Program-made: the position numbers and the translations under genes
In this document: positions 12,005-25,400 of the stretch, one piece after another
How the letters are laid out: every line of letters starts with the position of its first letter
Position numbering within the stretch: position 1 is the stretch's first letter
Notes under the pieces: model-generated
What the model was told of the DNA's origin: nothing
What the model saw: only the letters and a program-made list of their open reading frames with translations
Database searches by the model: none
Origin: Phoronis australis
Lineage: Eukaryota > Animalia > Phoronida
Assembly (NCBI GenBank): GCA_002633005.1
Contig: NMRA01000002.1
Location: forward strand, 1,519,023 to 1,583,022
DNA length: 64,000 bases
Direction: 5' to 3'

Positions 12005-13941
12005 TAGTTTTACATGTTGATACAAGTTTCACGGCGAGGTGATGAGCAGAACCAGCCTGGCTGTGCGTAATTTTTGGGTCTACGGAAGAAATACACACAG
12101 TGGGACCTAGCTGTATTTTGACGACAGTCTTCATACAGCTAGGTGGCTGGCTAGGTTAGGCGTTGAGCTGAACATTGCCTGAATAAGTACAGCATACTCG
12201 ATACTAAAACTCACTGTGGCCAGAAACTAAACCGGCAGTGGTCAGATATAGTGGTCCCTGATTTTAAGAACCAGACAATCACCCGGCATTATTCAGTGAT
12301 TGCCTGGGACCGGTGCCATACTTATTTGGGCACTAGTCGGATATACAGCGGTCCGTGATTTAAAGAAGCAATTTCATTGCCTGGTTCTCTTAATCAGGGG
12401 CCGTAGGCAGTTAGTCGCTATTGATCAAAGCCCAGTCAAGAGAAGAAATGACACACTGACTAGCGACTGTCACACATGCAGTTTTCAGAAAATCAAAAAA
12501 TCACAAATGTGTCATTTTGTAGATTTTAAAACCCAACAAGTACTGTTTTATTACAACCAAGACAGAATTGTTCGTTTTGATTACACTGGCTGTTATCAAT
12601 GAGCAATTCTACTTACCTCAGTGAAAGTTTAAATCGATGGCTTTACGATGTCAGTTACATTTTTGAAGATTATTTGACATATTCACCGCAGTTCCGTATA
12701 TTTAGATCCGACATGGCCTCGTTTCGAAGTGCGTGATGTCACACTGGTTATGCGTGTTATTCGATGTTGAAAAAACTTCTACGAACCAGTATACCTGCTT
12801 CTAACAGGTGGCGCTGTAATTTTTAGGGGGGCACTCCATTGCTTCCCCAGAACACGTTACGGTCCGACCATTACTCAAACGCGTTTTGGCGCATGCCGCG
12901 AATACTATCCACTTCATCCAAAACAATGAATTTACTTCCACACTACACCAAACCAGGTAAGTTGGTATAGGAACTGAGCGCACACTGACCGGCGTCCGAA
13001 ACTTTCATTGCTCACGGCCACTCACGGCTCTCTGGCTTTCGATGCGGCAACGATGGTCGTGTGGTTGGATGACTGTGGCCAGCTTAAAGATACTATTTCC
13101 GCTTCTTTTCAGTTAAAAACGTCATAAAAAGAATTGATCCAAATGCCCTTTCAACGCTGTAGTCATTTTTTATCAACGTAACCAGAGTGTATGGAATTTT
13201 CATTTTTTTTCTTAATTTCTCATTTGGCCGCCACACTTGTTGCCATTTTACTAGTTAAAACCTAAGCTCTAATTTGGGAAATGTTCACATTTTAGTGATT
13301 TCCCTCCAGTAAACTACTTCTGTTTTCTAAAAGGTGCAGGAAAATAAAAGAAAGAGTGTAAGTAATGAATTTTCAGAGATCATACAAAAACCAATGTTTT
13401 TTTCTGACATGGGCTTCCACCTCAGATTACCCAAACAACACAGGTGACACGCATACTACACAACGCGGCTCACAACTTGTTCGCGACACAATTCACTCTC
13501 CTCCGCTGGACTTACAAAACACGGTTGATAAGGTGGTGTAAAACCTTCAGTTGACAACTGAATTAAGATTGTACATTATGCCACAAGCTATGTTAACTGT
13601 AGAATTTAGCTCATCAAAAGTACATATTTTCTGAAAGCAAAAATTCTGTAAAAATTGATTTTGGCTTTATATCAATATGTCATTCATTGGGTCGCGTAAA
13701 CATGTAATTTAGTAAAATTCAGTGCAAAAAGAAGCTAACATTCATATAGCAAAACAACAGGATCGATAACAAGAAATTTGTATGACATAAACGTTCAAGA
13801 TGAAATCTCAAAAACGCTGACTATAAAGTTCCCTTAGTAGTCATTTGTTTTCGTTTTTTTTGCAACTTTAAAGTTTGTTTCATACAAATCTTATGAGTCC
13901 TATGAGTTTGTTATCAGGCCCTGTACTTAGGGACTTGCCGA

Positions 13942-14099
13942 CAGTGCTGTAGTGGTAAAGTTATAGGTAAGTAGGCGCTCAAAGCCCACGCCGTATCACG
14001 TTGAGTACTGAACGTAACTTACGGTGCGTAGGCGCTACGTACAAATGCCAAAAGGTGGTTGGCTGCGCTTACGTGCGCCTACGCCCCACTACAGCACTG
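13942..14099. mobile_element. hAT-type MITE (158 bp)
   Basis: 14-bp TIR CAGTGCTGTAGTGG / CCACTACAGCACTG. 8-bp TSD cttgccga / cttgcgga (7 of 8 match). Confidence 0.85.
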
Positions 14100-16455
14100 C
14101 TTGCGGAAGCCTGAGTATACTTCATGAGTGCTGGCAGGATGAGCCCAGAGCTCACAGCTAATCCGGTAGATTTGAATATAACCGATATATCGTTCTTTAA
14201 ATGAATTCGGTTGAGACCTGGCAATTATTTTTTTGTGTGCTTTCTGCCATAAGACATGACAACAATGACAAATACGTAGATACACAGCCTTCACGCAGCG
14301 ATTAAGGTGAAACAAAAGTGATCACTGACAATGAACTCAACGCCCTCCCCGGGTTTCCTCGACATCGTGTAAAACCACAACTTTACACAGTTTTCTGTTG
14401 TTAAAGCGCAGACACCATCTAGCTGAAAATGGAATTCTCTCCTGCTGTTTTTGATTTTTTGTTTGTTTGTTTCTACCGAATTGAAGTCACGAACCAACCT
14501 TGTCTGATTGTACTGAAACATCATTTCCGTTCGCTGTGGAACTATCTTTATTGAAAAAGCATTGCGAATTAGTTTTTGATGCAGCATCAAAACTGGCCCA
14601 AACTAAATAACAAAACTACAATTTGTCCTCCAGCACGCTTCTCAAAAACATGTAGCTCAAATCTGCTACCTACGTCGTATATTGGCCTGAGCGGATTTAT
14701 TGGTTCCCCATACGTGAACTATCTGGTGATGACAGATACTCACTTCCAAGTTTCATGATTTCGCCTAGACCCAGTTACCATCAGCTATCAAACGGCTCAT
14801 GCCTTAAATGATTCAAAGTAACTTAGCAACAAAGGGTTTCTTTCCCACCAAGGGCAGGGATTGGTTTTTCTAGATAATGGTTGTTGATATCCGCTCATGT
14901 ACAGCAACGCAGGCGGGCAGGAGGGCACGCACGCACACACGCATGCATATATAGTAAACTCACTCGCTGAGTTTCGCTGGTATAATTCAGTCGCAGTAAA
15001 TACGCAACACTAAGTGCAAACCGTGTCCTACGTTACACTTGTCTTTGTATTAAACTGCCTGGTGGACTACATGATAATTATAATTTTTTTCTACATAATA
15101 ACAACAACAAAACAATTGCAAACGGTGTTTTATCTACTCTCCGCAGCTGTCACCTATCAGGCTAGTCAACCCACCTTGTTTCCAAATAAGAAGACGTGAA
15201 CGCACTTCGAACTTGACTGTATTCTCGGCTTGCACGGTGCTGACTAAACGCCATTGAATCAATGAACTTTATTTGGTAATTCTACGAACTACTGAAAAAA
15301 GCGTTCAACCCCGAAACATAAACCAAAACAATAGTGGCGCAGCTACGGGCCGTAAAATTGCCTGGACAAATGAAAAACCACCAACGCATTGTAACCCTGA
15401 ACAAAACCATTATAATTGTCTCAGAATAAACGTTGCAAAGTTCGAAATGGCCGAAAAAGCCAATGGATTTCCATCTGAATCTTTAAAAAATGCAACGCTC
15501 CCGAATTTAATGTAGTATTGGTGGCCGTGGCCTCCGGGTAGTGGCGGCGGCTGCGGCGGCAGAGGTGTTGAATTTTGATGTTATCAATTACTTTGATATG
15601 TCAGTTATGTAGGTATCAATAACCGTATGTCGACAGTTACGCACCTTCCTGCAAAAACATCGTTTAATTTGGACCACCCTTACGGAAATGGGTCTCAAAA
15701 TGCCCCCTTGTTCAAAATAGATGTGTTCGGTCGATGACACCGAAGCGGCTGCACGCGCATAACCTATGATCAGTCTTCCATGACCAAAAACTTAATCTTT
15801 GATTTAGAGAACTTATGATTGGTTTTAAACTGTTCTTTTACTCGAATTTTAGATGTAATTTCAGAGCTTCGATAGAGTTGATAGTTCATTATACCACAAA
15901 TTAAATAGACATTAATTAATGTTTATATTGCCGTTTCGTTTATCCGTGCCAGTGGAGCTCTTCTTGCACTACCTAGGCGGATGTCCTCAGTCGCGGCGGC
16001 CGACACGGAGTTCAGTATGGTTAATGGTCTCAACATCTAAAAATGTCAGTTCTTGACAAATCGAGAAACGACTTTCCATCCGCAGTTTTACAGTGGTTGT
16101 CTCTAAATCAAAAACTCGCTTAGTTGGAGGACTAAACGCTACACTGCATCGAGCTGCCGACATCACTGAAATCGTTTTTTTTTTGTGGCCCCGGCTGCGA
16201 CCATTTTGACTAATTGACAACTCAGCTGTATGCAGGAGAAAATCCCAAGAACAAAAAAAAAAATCATCCAAACAAGCAAGAGGTACACCCCCCGGAATGA
16301 ATTCAACGCCTCCTTTTGACCTTTGACTCTCAGCTGTATCACGGAAGTTGACGTAGTCGTCTGAGAGTCATGTGTCGTGCTCATTATTAGCGGTTGGGCA
16401 CGGGACTACGAAGGTGCACGAAAGAAAACTAACTCGAAACTTTTACCTCAAAATT

Positions 16456-19400
16456 ATGGCAGGAGACGGAGGCTCAGTCACAGAAGCAGGATCCCTGTAC
16501 TCGCCCTTGGTAAGATTGAAGTGAGAGAGTGGAATCGGAACTTCCTCAGTAGGCTACAGTCAGTAGGCTGGCTTACTATACTGCTAATACTAGTAATACT
16601 ATTACTATACTCCTATACAGTAACAGTTGTGAGGTTTGACAGTGCTCAGTACTGCTGAACTGGGAATCCTTCTTAATCTCAAGATCACGTACGCGTGAAC
16701 TTGGAATAGACCATGAAACTTAAAAAGTCCTCTCAAATAGTCACGTTCACGTTGATAAAAATGTGCAGTGCGCTAAATCAAATTACATTATGTGTTAATA
16801 AAACAATGTAATTCTTAACCTACCTGACTTCTCAGCTATTGCCAATCTTATTCACGAAACAAAATGTAATTAACCATTCACGTATTCAAGGTCCGGTGAA
16901 GGAGAAATGAGTGATCGTGAGACCTATAAGTGCAAAAATTCTTTACAAAGCGGAAAAAAATTCACGTGATTCAGACTTAATGAATTGAATTCTATGTTCA
17001 CGCATGCGGGATCTTGAGTTGAGATTAAACTAGGATTCCAAGTTCGCCCACAGCAGTACCACTGTCCCAACTAGTTGCTGTACAGACAGTGGCCATCCCA
17101 TAGACCCTCCGTACACCCAGCTTTTCGGTGCTTAATGCCGCATACCAATTATATTATAAAAGATCATGTTGCTATTACCGCATAGAGGGACACCAGATAG
17201 CAGGCTGTTGATTCTTTAATTCCTTCAAACTCAAACAAATACACCTGCATTTTTTTAACAGTCCTTCTTTCAGTTGTTCAAATCGGCAGCTGGCTATTTT
17301 TACACTGCTTGTGCCAGGAGATATCATTAGGCGTAGAAAAGGAATCTAATGCACATACTGACTTTCCTCAGTTGTCCCCAGTGTTAGTGAGAGGGTAGCA
17401 TACTGATTGTGTTGGGTTTGTTGACTCAAGCTACAAACTACACAGCTGCCTGGTTGTACTGAAATATTGCTTTGGAAAAAAGTTTGATTGCGGGAGTATT
17501 TGCTGGAGTTTTAAGGAAAACGGCTTCCTAAGGTGTCCCACTATGCACATAAGGTACTTATAGTAATGTGACTTTGATGGTTTAATCAGTGTGAGGCATA
17601 ATTCGCCGAAAATCTTTCAGCGTATGTTGGGCCGCCGTCTCTATTGCTAGTTGGGACAGTGGCACCATCTACTGCCATGTTTAAAATCTGAAGCCATGTT
17701 TGAATAGCAAGAGTTACAAGACAAATGATTGTAATAGTGTTGTATAATGGTTCTTATTTTTATTACTTTGCAATGAAAATGATATTGGCATGCGAGCAAG
17801 TGCAAATAACGTGTAACTAGTTAGGGGTTAGAGCAGTTACCTATCAGCGAAGTGTCTGTGTTTGCGGACCTAGCTTTCGAGCCCATCCTGGGCTATATTG
17901 GCGGGAGTCACATGGTCATCAGTGAGTGGTCCTTGGTGCTTGTCCAACACTACCTGGTGGCTGCTTCTTGTGAGGACGTGGGGTTGGACAACCACCAAGG
18001 ACACAAAACTACCGCCAGTACCCTGACAAAGGGCCCAGGACGGGCTCGAAAGCTTGGTCAACAAACACTTGCTGCCCATAGGTAACTACTCTATCCGCTG
18101 TACTATGTAACGGCGCCAGCAATGAACTTTTATTCTGTCGTGTTACTAGTTATTGTTTTTCTGAGTTGTCAGAAAGGAAAGTATGATAGAAAAACATGAT
18201 GTGGAATTTGCACCTGGTTTGAATTTTTGCTTCGCAGGAACCGGACTGAGAGAGAGCAAAAAGATTCTGACCATATTTGTGTCACTAGAGTTTTCAGAAA
18301 ATTTTGTTGTTTTTTCATTGCTAGGTGGGTCTGATCTATGTGTTCAACTTGATTGTGGGCACTGGAGCATTGACCATGCCTAAAGCCTTTGCTGAAGCAG
18401 GCTGGCTGATCAGTCTTGTATTAGTTGTGCTATTGGGTTTTGTTAGGTAAGTATGTGATATGCTCACAAGGTAGTTAGTGGGTCAATAATGGCCAATTTC
18501 AAAGTGGTTTATTAAGCTAGAAATACTACCTATGTGGCCAATTCTGACCACAGCACAGTATGTATGACCAAAGAAAGCATGCAGATTGTTAACTTGCCTT
18601 ATTTCACAACTCTATTTTTTGTGAGCTGCGCAAACGCAAATTCAAACGTTTTACACTCGTAAGTGTGGAAAGCAGGATGTTCTAAGGTAATAGCCACATT
18701 ACTTGAACAGTGCTCATTATTCCGTAAGTTTCAAAGTTAACTTTGATTTAATATCCTAGGCAACACTTTGCTTCAAACTTTGAAACTTGAACCAAAACCA
18801 AACAGTTCAAGCTTGCTTTTTAGTCTAAAAATCACACAATAATGTGGAGTTAAAATCAAGACTCGATGTAGGAACTTATAAATTGGTTAAAGTAAAAGTT
18901 ATAAAATTGTAGAGAAGATGTAATTCTTACATGAATGAGTAAAACTGAACAAACTGTTAAAATCTATAGTATCAAAATATGCATTTTAATTGTGCTTCAT
19001 TTTATTTTAGCTTTGTGACTGCAACATTCGTGATAGAAGCAATGGCGGCAGCCAATGGTTTATTGAGGTGGAAGAAAGAGCAGGAAGGTGAAACGGTAAT
19101 GACAAATTTGTCTGGGAGACAGAACAACTGTTACACAAACCAGTGTTCTTAGGGGGAATTATGGTATATTTGTCTGGGAGACAGAACCACTGTTAGACGA
19201 ACCAGTGTTCATAGGGGGAATTATGGTATATTTGTCTGGGAGACAGAACAACTGTTACACAAACCAGTGTTCTTAGGGGGAATTAGGGTATATTTGTCTG
19301 GGAGACAGAACGACTGTTACACAAACCAGTGTTCATAGAGGGAATTATGGTATATTTTTCTGGGAGACAGAACGACTGTTACACAAACCAGTGTTCATAG

Positions 19401-22400
19401 GGGGAATTATGGTATATTTGTCTGGGAGATAGAACGACAGTTACACAAACCAGTGTTCATAGGGGGAATTATGGTATATTTGTCTGGGAGACAGAACCAC
19501 TGTTACACAAACCAGGGTCTATTGGGGGAAATATGGTATATTTGTCTGGGAGACAGAACCACAGTTGCACAAACCAATGTCCATAGGGGAATTATGGTAT
19601 ATTTGTCTGGGAGACAGAACCACAGTTGCACAAACCAGTGTCTATAGGGGGAATTATGATAAATTTGTCTGGGAGACAGAACCACAGTTACACAACTCAA
19701 TGTTAATAGACAGCAGCCTGTGTCAGTAGGGAGTCATAAATTAGTTTTTTCTATTTTCATAAACTTTACTTCAACTCTTTAATTGACAATTAAATGTAGA
19801 CCATTCAAGTATTGCGCATGGATGGAAATTTCACCTACTCATGCGACAGTTGCTTTTATATGACTTTGCCGGATGAAATCCCTTGTCGGTAATTTTGACA
19901 TAGTGAGTGCACCTGAGTCAGTAAAACTTTTTATTTATATATGTCTTTTTGTCTAGAAGACATCACTCATAGAGGTGAAGTCCTTGATGCCAAAAATTAC
20001 AATTAAAGATTTCCGAAAATAATTCACTTAAAATTTTTTCCTGACATTGTGGAGCCACCTCTCTCCTTGTGGCAGGGAGTAGTAACTGTCTGATAATTGG
20101 CATCGGTAAAATTTTTGTTTTTCTTAGGCTGATTACTTTACATTGGTCTTAAATTGCGTCTGCTCAGTGCACGAAAGCCCAGTAAATGAGAGATCAAAAT
20201 TTTCTTCACCTTTAAATTAAATTGTTTTTGTTGAGAATTTTTTTAAATTAATATTTCACACATCGGCCTTAGTGTGTGATAAATAGGTCAAGAACTATCT
20301 AAGGTTTTGTGGGCTACATGCATTCTCAGTTGGCGGTTCGTCCTCCAAGAAACCAGGAGGTGTAGACAGATGCAATGCAAAATTTTCTTGTAGAAAGTTT
20401 TGTGGAACTTAAGCTGATTTCTTTCAAGCAGAGATCAAATCATTATTTCCTGACAATTACACTTTGTTGATTTAAAATGGTATTTCCTCGTGACTGATTG
20501 GTCTGGAAGAAACGTAAAAACTGCCAATCGCTCTCTGATTTTGCCACAATTGTCTAGATTTTGTTAATTTATGCGCCGTGATGTGATGGTCCCCCATGCA
20601 CCATTCAATATGTACTCAACGCTTGTCATGGTGGTAATAAGGGTGTTATTATTTTGGCACACATGTACCATTGTTTGAAGGATGTGGGCACAGTAAACCT
20701 TCACTGATGTAGTGCGAAATGTGGGTTTTGTCCTACTTCGGAACAGATGTTAGCACATGTTAAGAAACTACTGATGGTAAAATTGCACCAATTTTGGACA
20801 AAAATATAGTTGGGAATCCCCCAAAATGTTCCAGTCTTTGATTTGTGATGGCTGTGATACAAAACTTGAACATGGAGAAGCTTTTAATTTGGTGCTGCTT
20901 ATGTTCAATAGGGCTATCTTGGATTACACAGCGACACTTGAATCTCGCTGTATTTACCTACAATCCCATAAACATCTGTTGGGCACATTTGCTCGCCTTT
21001 TTTGTGCCATTGGTTCTGATTACGTTCTCAAGAATTTTGATGTGTCGGGTTAAAACTGAATAAATTGTAACACAAAATGACCATGATGTAGTCACAGGGT
21101 GGTCTTCGGGGACTCTAATCTGGACACATTTTTAAAACAGATTTCAATAGGCTATAGACCACTCACATTCCCCTGGTAATGTTGACAATGTAATTTTCCA
21201 ATATTTCGCAGCGTGCACATCTGTTCGTTGCAGACTGTTGAAGGTTGTGACAATCATCAGGAAGATGTGAGATTGAGTGATGAGAGACGACCTCTCCTCA
21301 GGACCTCTAATGGTACACGCACAGTTTAGCTTACTAACCCATCCCCCTCCCCACTACCGCTAACCAATTGCAGTAGTCATGTGAGAAAAATATCCAGTAG
21401 TTCTGTTAGTGAAGCAGATAATGTAACCGTTAGATGAAGCAAGAACACAATTTGGCTGAATTTTTTTATTCTAGCCAATTCTATTATGGCAACAATTTAC
21501 CTGGATTACCGCCGTGACGTGCCCCTCAGGTGCCATGTCAATGTGTTATTCATGTTCTTGGCTAGTTAGACACTCAGTCTGTAAAAGTCACCACTGTGAA
21601 AATCACACATTCTTGTTTTAATGAAAAGTAAAAACCCATTGCAAGTGACTTGTGTATCCATTTTGGAAGTTCATTCTTTACTTGTTCACTTCTGAACTTT
21701 TGTATGTTCTGTTCCATGGCTGTTGCAATAGCCACTTCCTGAAGTACTGCAGCGCCCTCTGTGAGACTCCGATATTTCCGAAGATTGCAAATGAGAATTG
21801 TTTTGTAAAGAATTACTATAGTTTTTTACACATTGGTGGTTATCTTGAGGGAAAATGGTTGTAATTTTTAATCCCTTGCACTTTTAGTCTGAAAAGGTGA
21901 CTTAGAAACACCATTCATGCCAAATCTTTTGTGTTTTTCTTTGCCTCAGAAATTTTGACACAAAATCCCATGGTACAGCATGCTTACTATGCTTTGGCAC
22001 ATTTCTGCTTCTTGATAGAATTTCGAAGCTTGTGCTTGGGTTTTACACTGCGTGGTGACAGAGCATTTGTAAAGTTGGGTTGCCGAGACGTGAAGCCAAG
22101 TTTTGTGCACACCTGGTCATTACATCTTGTTGGCAGGTTTGCGACCGCGCTGTGACTTGCACTGGGACAAGTTTACCCAGAACAAGTTACCCTACCTCAA
22201 TGAGGTGGAGTAAGTTGTCACACGCGTGTCGATTAGTTGCCCCAGCGCAAATATTGTCTACACTAACACTGTCGTTATGGCAATAAATCATTCTACTAGT
22301 AACTTGTTCTTTAGTTACTCATAGTATGAACTGTAATAACTAAGTTTAGTCCTCTACGATTGACCGTTTAACTAATAAATCACCTGTGACTTCAGGTAGC

Positions 22401-25400
22401 ACAAAAAACATAGATTTCTGCTATCACAATACTGTTTGCTTTTCTCCATGGCTGCTGCGAATAATGTAGTCTTCTTGTCATTTGTTTCAGTCTATAAGGT
22501 AGGTACATTTCTTGTTGAACACTCATTAAATGTTTTTGTAGCGAGAGATCTGTTTTGTTTCTAGTCAAAAGACAACAATGGAACAGACGGTGAGGACCAT
22601 GCGGCACCGTTACTACAACCATTTAGTGGTACATCCGGTTAAATTCAATGGGTTGTTGGTGATTGTTAACATTTTTCCTTTGTAAATTTAATGGGATTTT
22701 TTCCTCTTCATATTTACTTGGCGAAATTTTTTCACCAAGTGATGTTTTGCTTCTTTGTTCGCGTGCTATTGGTGGTATGTCTTGTCCAATCATCATGAAA
22801 TTTACACACCGTAAACATGTCTCACCCGAGTCTCGACAATTGATCGAAGCCTATTGTTTTTTATTAACACTGGATCCGAGGTAGCACTGTGACAGCTATT
22901 TCTTTAAATTTCTCTTTACACTGCCATTGCTCAGGTGAACTTTGCCGGATTTTTCTGAAAGTGAATAGATCTCGTCAGGGACTACCTGAAATGTGTCATA
23001 AATTTTTATATATTCTCGCAAATTTACCATTCTGGAGTTATTTGAAGTATTTGGGCGACTATTCCTTTGTTGATTGATCATTACTTGCTATTTTGTCAAT
23101 TGACACCAGTTGTTGGACACAATTTTTGTGCGATTGACATGAAATTTACACATTATGTATCCTGTCTGTGGCTCTTTGCCTATTGTTTTTTATTTAATGA
23201 GATGCAAGAAGTGGTATGGTGGGCATTTTAATTTTCATTTTTTCTTAGCATTAAGCTTTGGGGAATTTTCAAGGTTGATGTGTTAATAGAGGTCACCAAA
23301 ACCTGCATGAGGTGTGTTTTCTGTTTTTCATTACGACTTACCATATTCTTTTTTGATAAATGTTCAATTCTGACTCAAGCAGACAGTGCTTATTATCTGC
23401 TGTGGACAGTGGACAGGAAACACCAAAGTTGGAACTTTTTCACTTCAAATTTCATGTTTTTAAAAGTATTGATGATGCGTTTTGTCTAATTTTTGTGTTG
23501 TTGTTGACTTAAGTGCACATTTCTACATAAAGCTTTCCTTGGTAAAACTCATATGGACTTAAACATTGATTTTCCTAACAAAACTTGTTTTTGACATGCA
23601 ATTAGGACACTTTATAATACTTTGCTTTCATTAACAATGTAGTGCATGTATTCCTGTCTTATTGCCGACTCAATAGACTCATGGCGTACCCTTTCAGTGT
23701 TGATTACTGCAATTCAGGATGGCGTATTTAACGAAGCATATTGAATGAATATGAATTTAAGTTGCATAAACTCAACAGTATGACGAGACATGAATGCTTC
23801 AGTATAGATATGCTTAGATCAATATTTATGAAGGACGCTGAATGTTAAGTCTTCATTGATTGAAATTTTGTTATTATAATCAGGGTCTAGTCTTTGAAAT
23901 TTCATTTACAGTTAACTTAATTGCGTAACTTAATAATGATACAGAACTAGAGTTTGATCATAGGCCAGCATGAAGCATTTGCAAACTACAGACACATAGT
24001 CCACCACACATATCCCTAGTATTGTGACTTTGATTATTGAGATTTTCGGAAGACATCTAATCCAATATTTAGCAATCCTTTATCCTTAACTTTATTCGAT
24101 TACAGAAAAAATCAAGATTGATTTGGCATTTCCTGAACATTCAACATTTTGTCTGCCAAAAGAGGTGGATTTTTCTTACCCATTTCAGTCCAACTTGACC
24201 TTTGACCTCTCAGTTGACTTTTGGATTGACAGTACATCCCTAAAATAACACCAAAAATGGACTCTACTTCACACAAGTCATTGCAGGCGCCTATAAGCCA
24301 TTATGTTCAGAAGATGAAAGGGCAAAATTAGTTATGGCGTATGCTGCCATCTTGAATTATAAAAAGTACTCAAGGTTGCTCAAAGTGCAACTAATTTAAT
24401 TTTATTCTCCTAAACAAATGTGGTAAAATTCAAAGAGAAACTTAACTGTAAACAATATTATTATTATTACTATTTGTGAACGAGACTAAAAAGCACTGCT
24501 TCTGTCATCATCATCGTCACCATCATCGTCATCATCATCATCGTCATCAGTTTTCTCACTTGTCATTAAATTTTGCCATTTTCTAGTCTTTGAGTGCCAT
24601 CGCCTGACGTTTGTACCAATGCAACAGCTAGGTTACATTTCATATGAAATCAAAATGAAATTTATGTACAACATGTGACCCATCAATAGTTTCAGCCAAG
24701 ACCTCTTGTTTTGGTAGAAATCAGACATAAGACTATATCACCTTTTTGATCTTTCTGTTTACAAAGCCACATCTCTGGCATTCTGTGATTGAAATCTTTT
24801 TGAAACCTTTGTGTACTAAGAAGTAGATCACATCAAAAGAATTTTTTGTATGGTTTACTGCTCTTCAACTATTCAAGGTTTTCGGATGACTGCTCTTTTA
24901 TTGACTTGTTGTTTGCTGCATTTTTGTTAGTTTACCGTTAACTGAACAGGGCTTTGTTTCTAATTTTTTGTCATCTTCATCGCACCATCACCATTACTAC
25001 CACCACCACCACCATAAACCACTTTCGCCAAGTGTCATTCTCGAGAGGTTTGGGTTTTTTGGAATTCACCTTCAAATATTTCTCTTGAAATTTCATACTA
25101 AAGATTTTGATTGCTCTAAGTTACACAACAAAACACTGGTGTTATCCAGCCTTTGCAACATTTTCAAATTTTGTTTTAAGAATGTAAAATGCAGAAAAGG
25201 TTGTTAGCAATCTATTTTGGATTATACCAATTTCTTTTCCTTCTTCCTTTCTTTGTTGAAAGTGTTGCAAATTAAGGAAGAACGACTTTCAGATTAGGGT
25301 GTTGAAAAATGATCTTTTCACGATTGCTAAGATCTGATATCTGGGGAAGGTTTTTCTGACATTTTGCATTTTATTTCGTTCTGTGTTAAATCCTTTCTGA

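Noticed and set aside
1-16400. NAT9 head-to-head with TMEM104, as in human
   Set aside because: I found no NAT9-like exons (for example a YHEWM motif) on the minus strand. The gap cannot be examined.
24968-25207. His-rich 79-aa ORF
   Set aside because: It has a non-ATG start and derives from an intronic CAC/CAT microsatellite.
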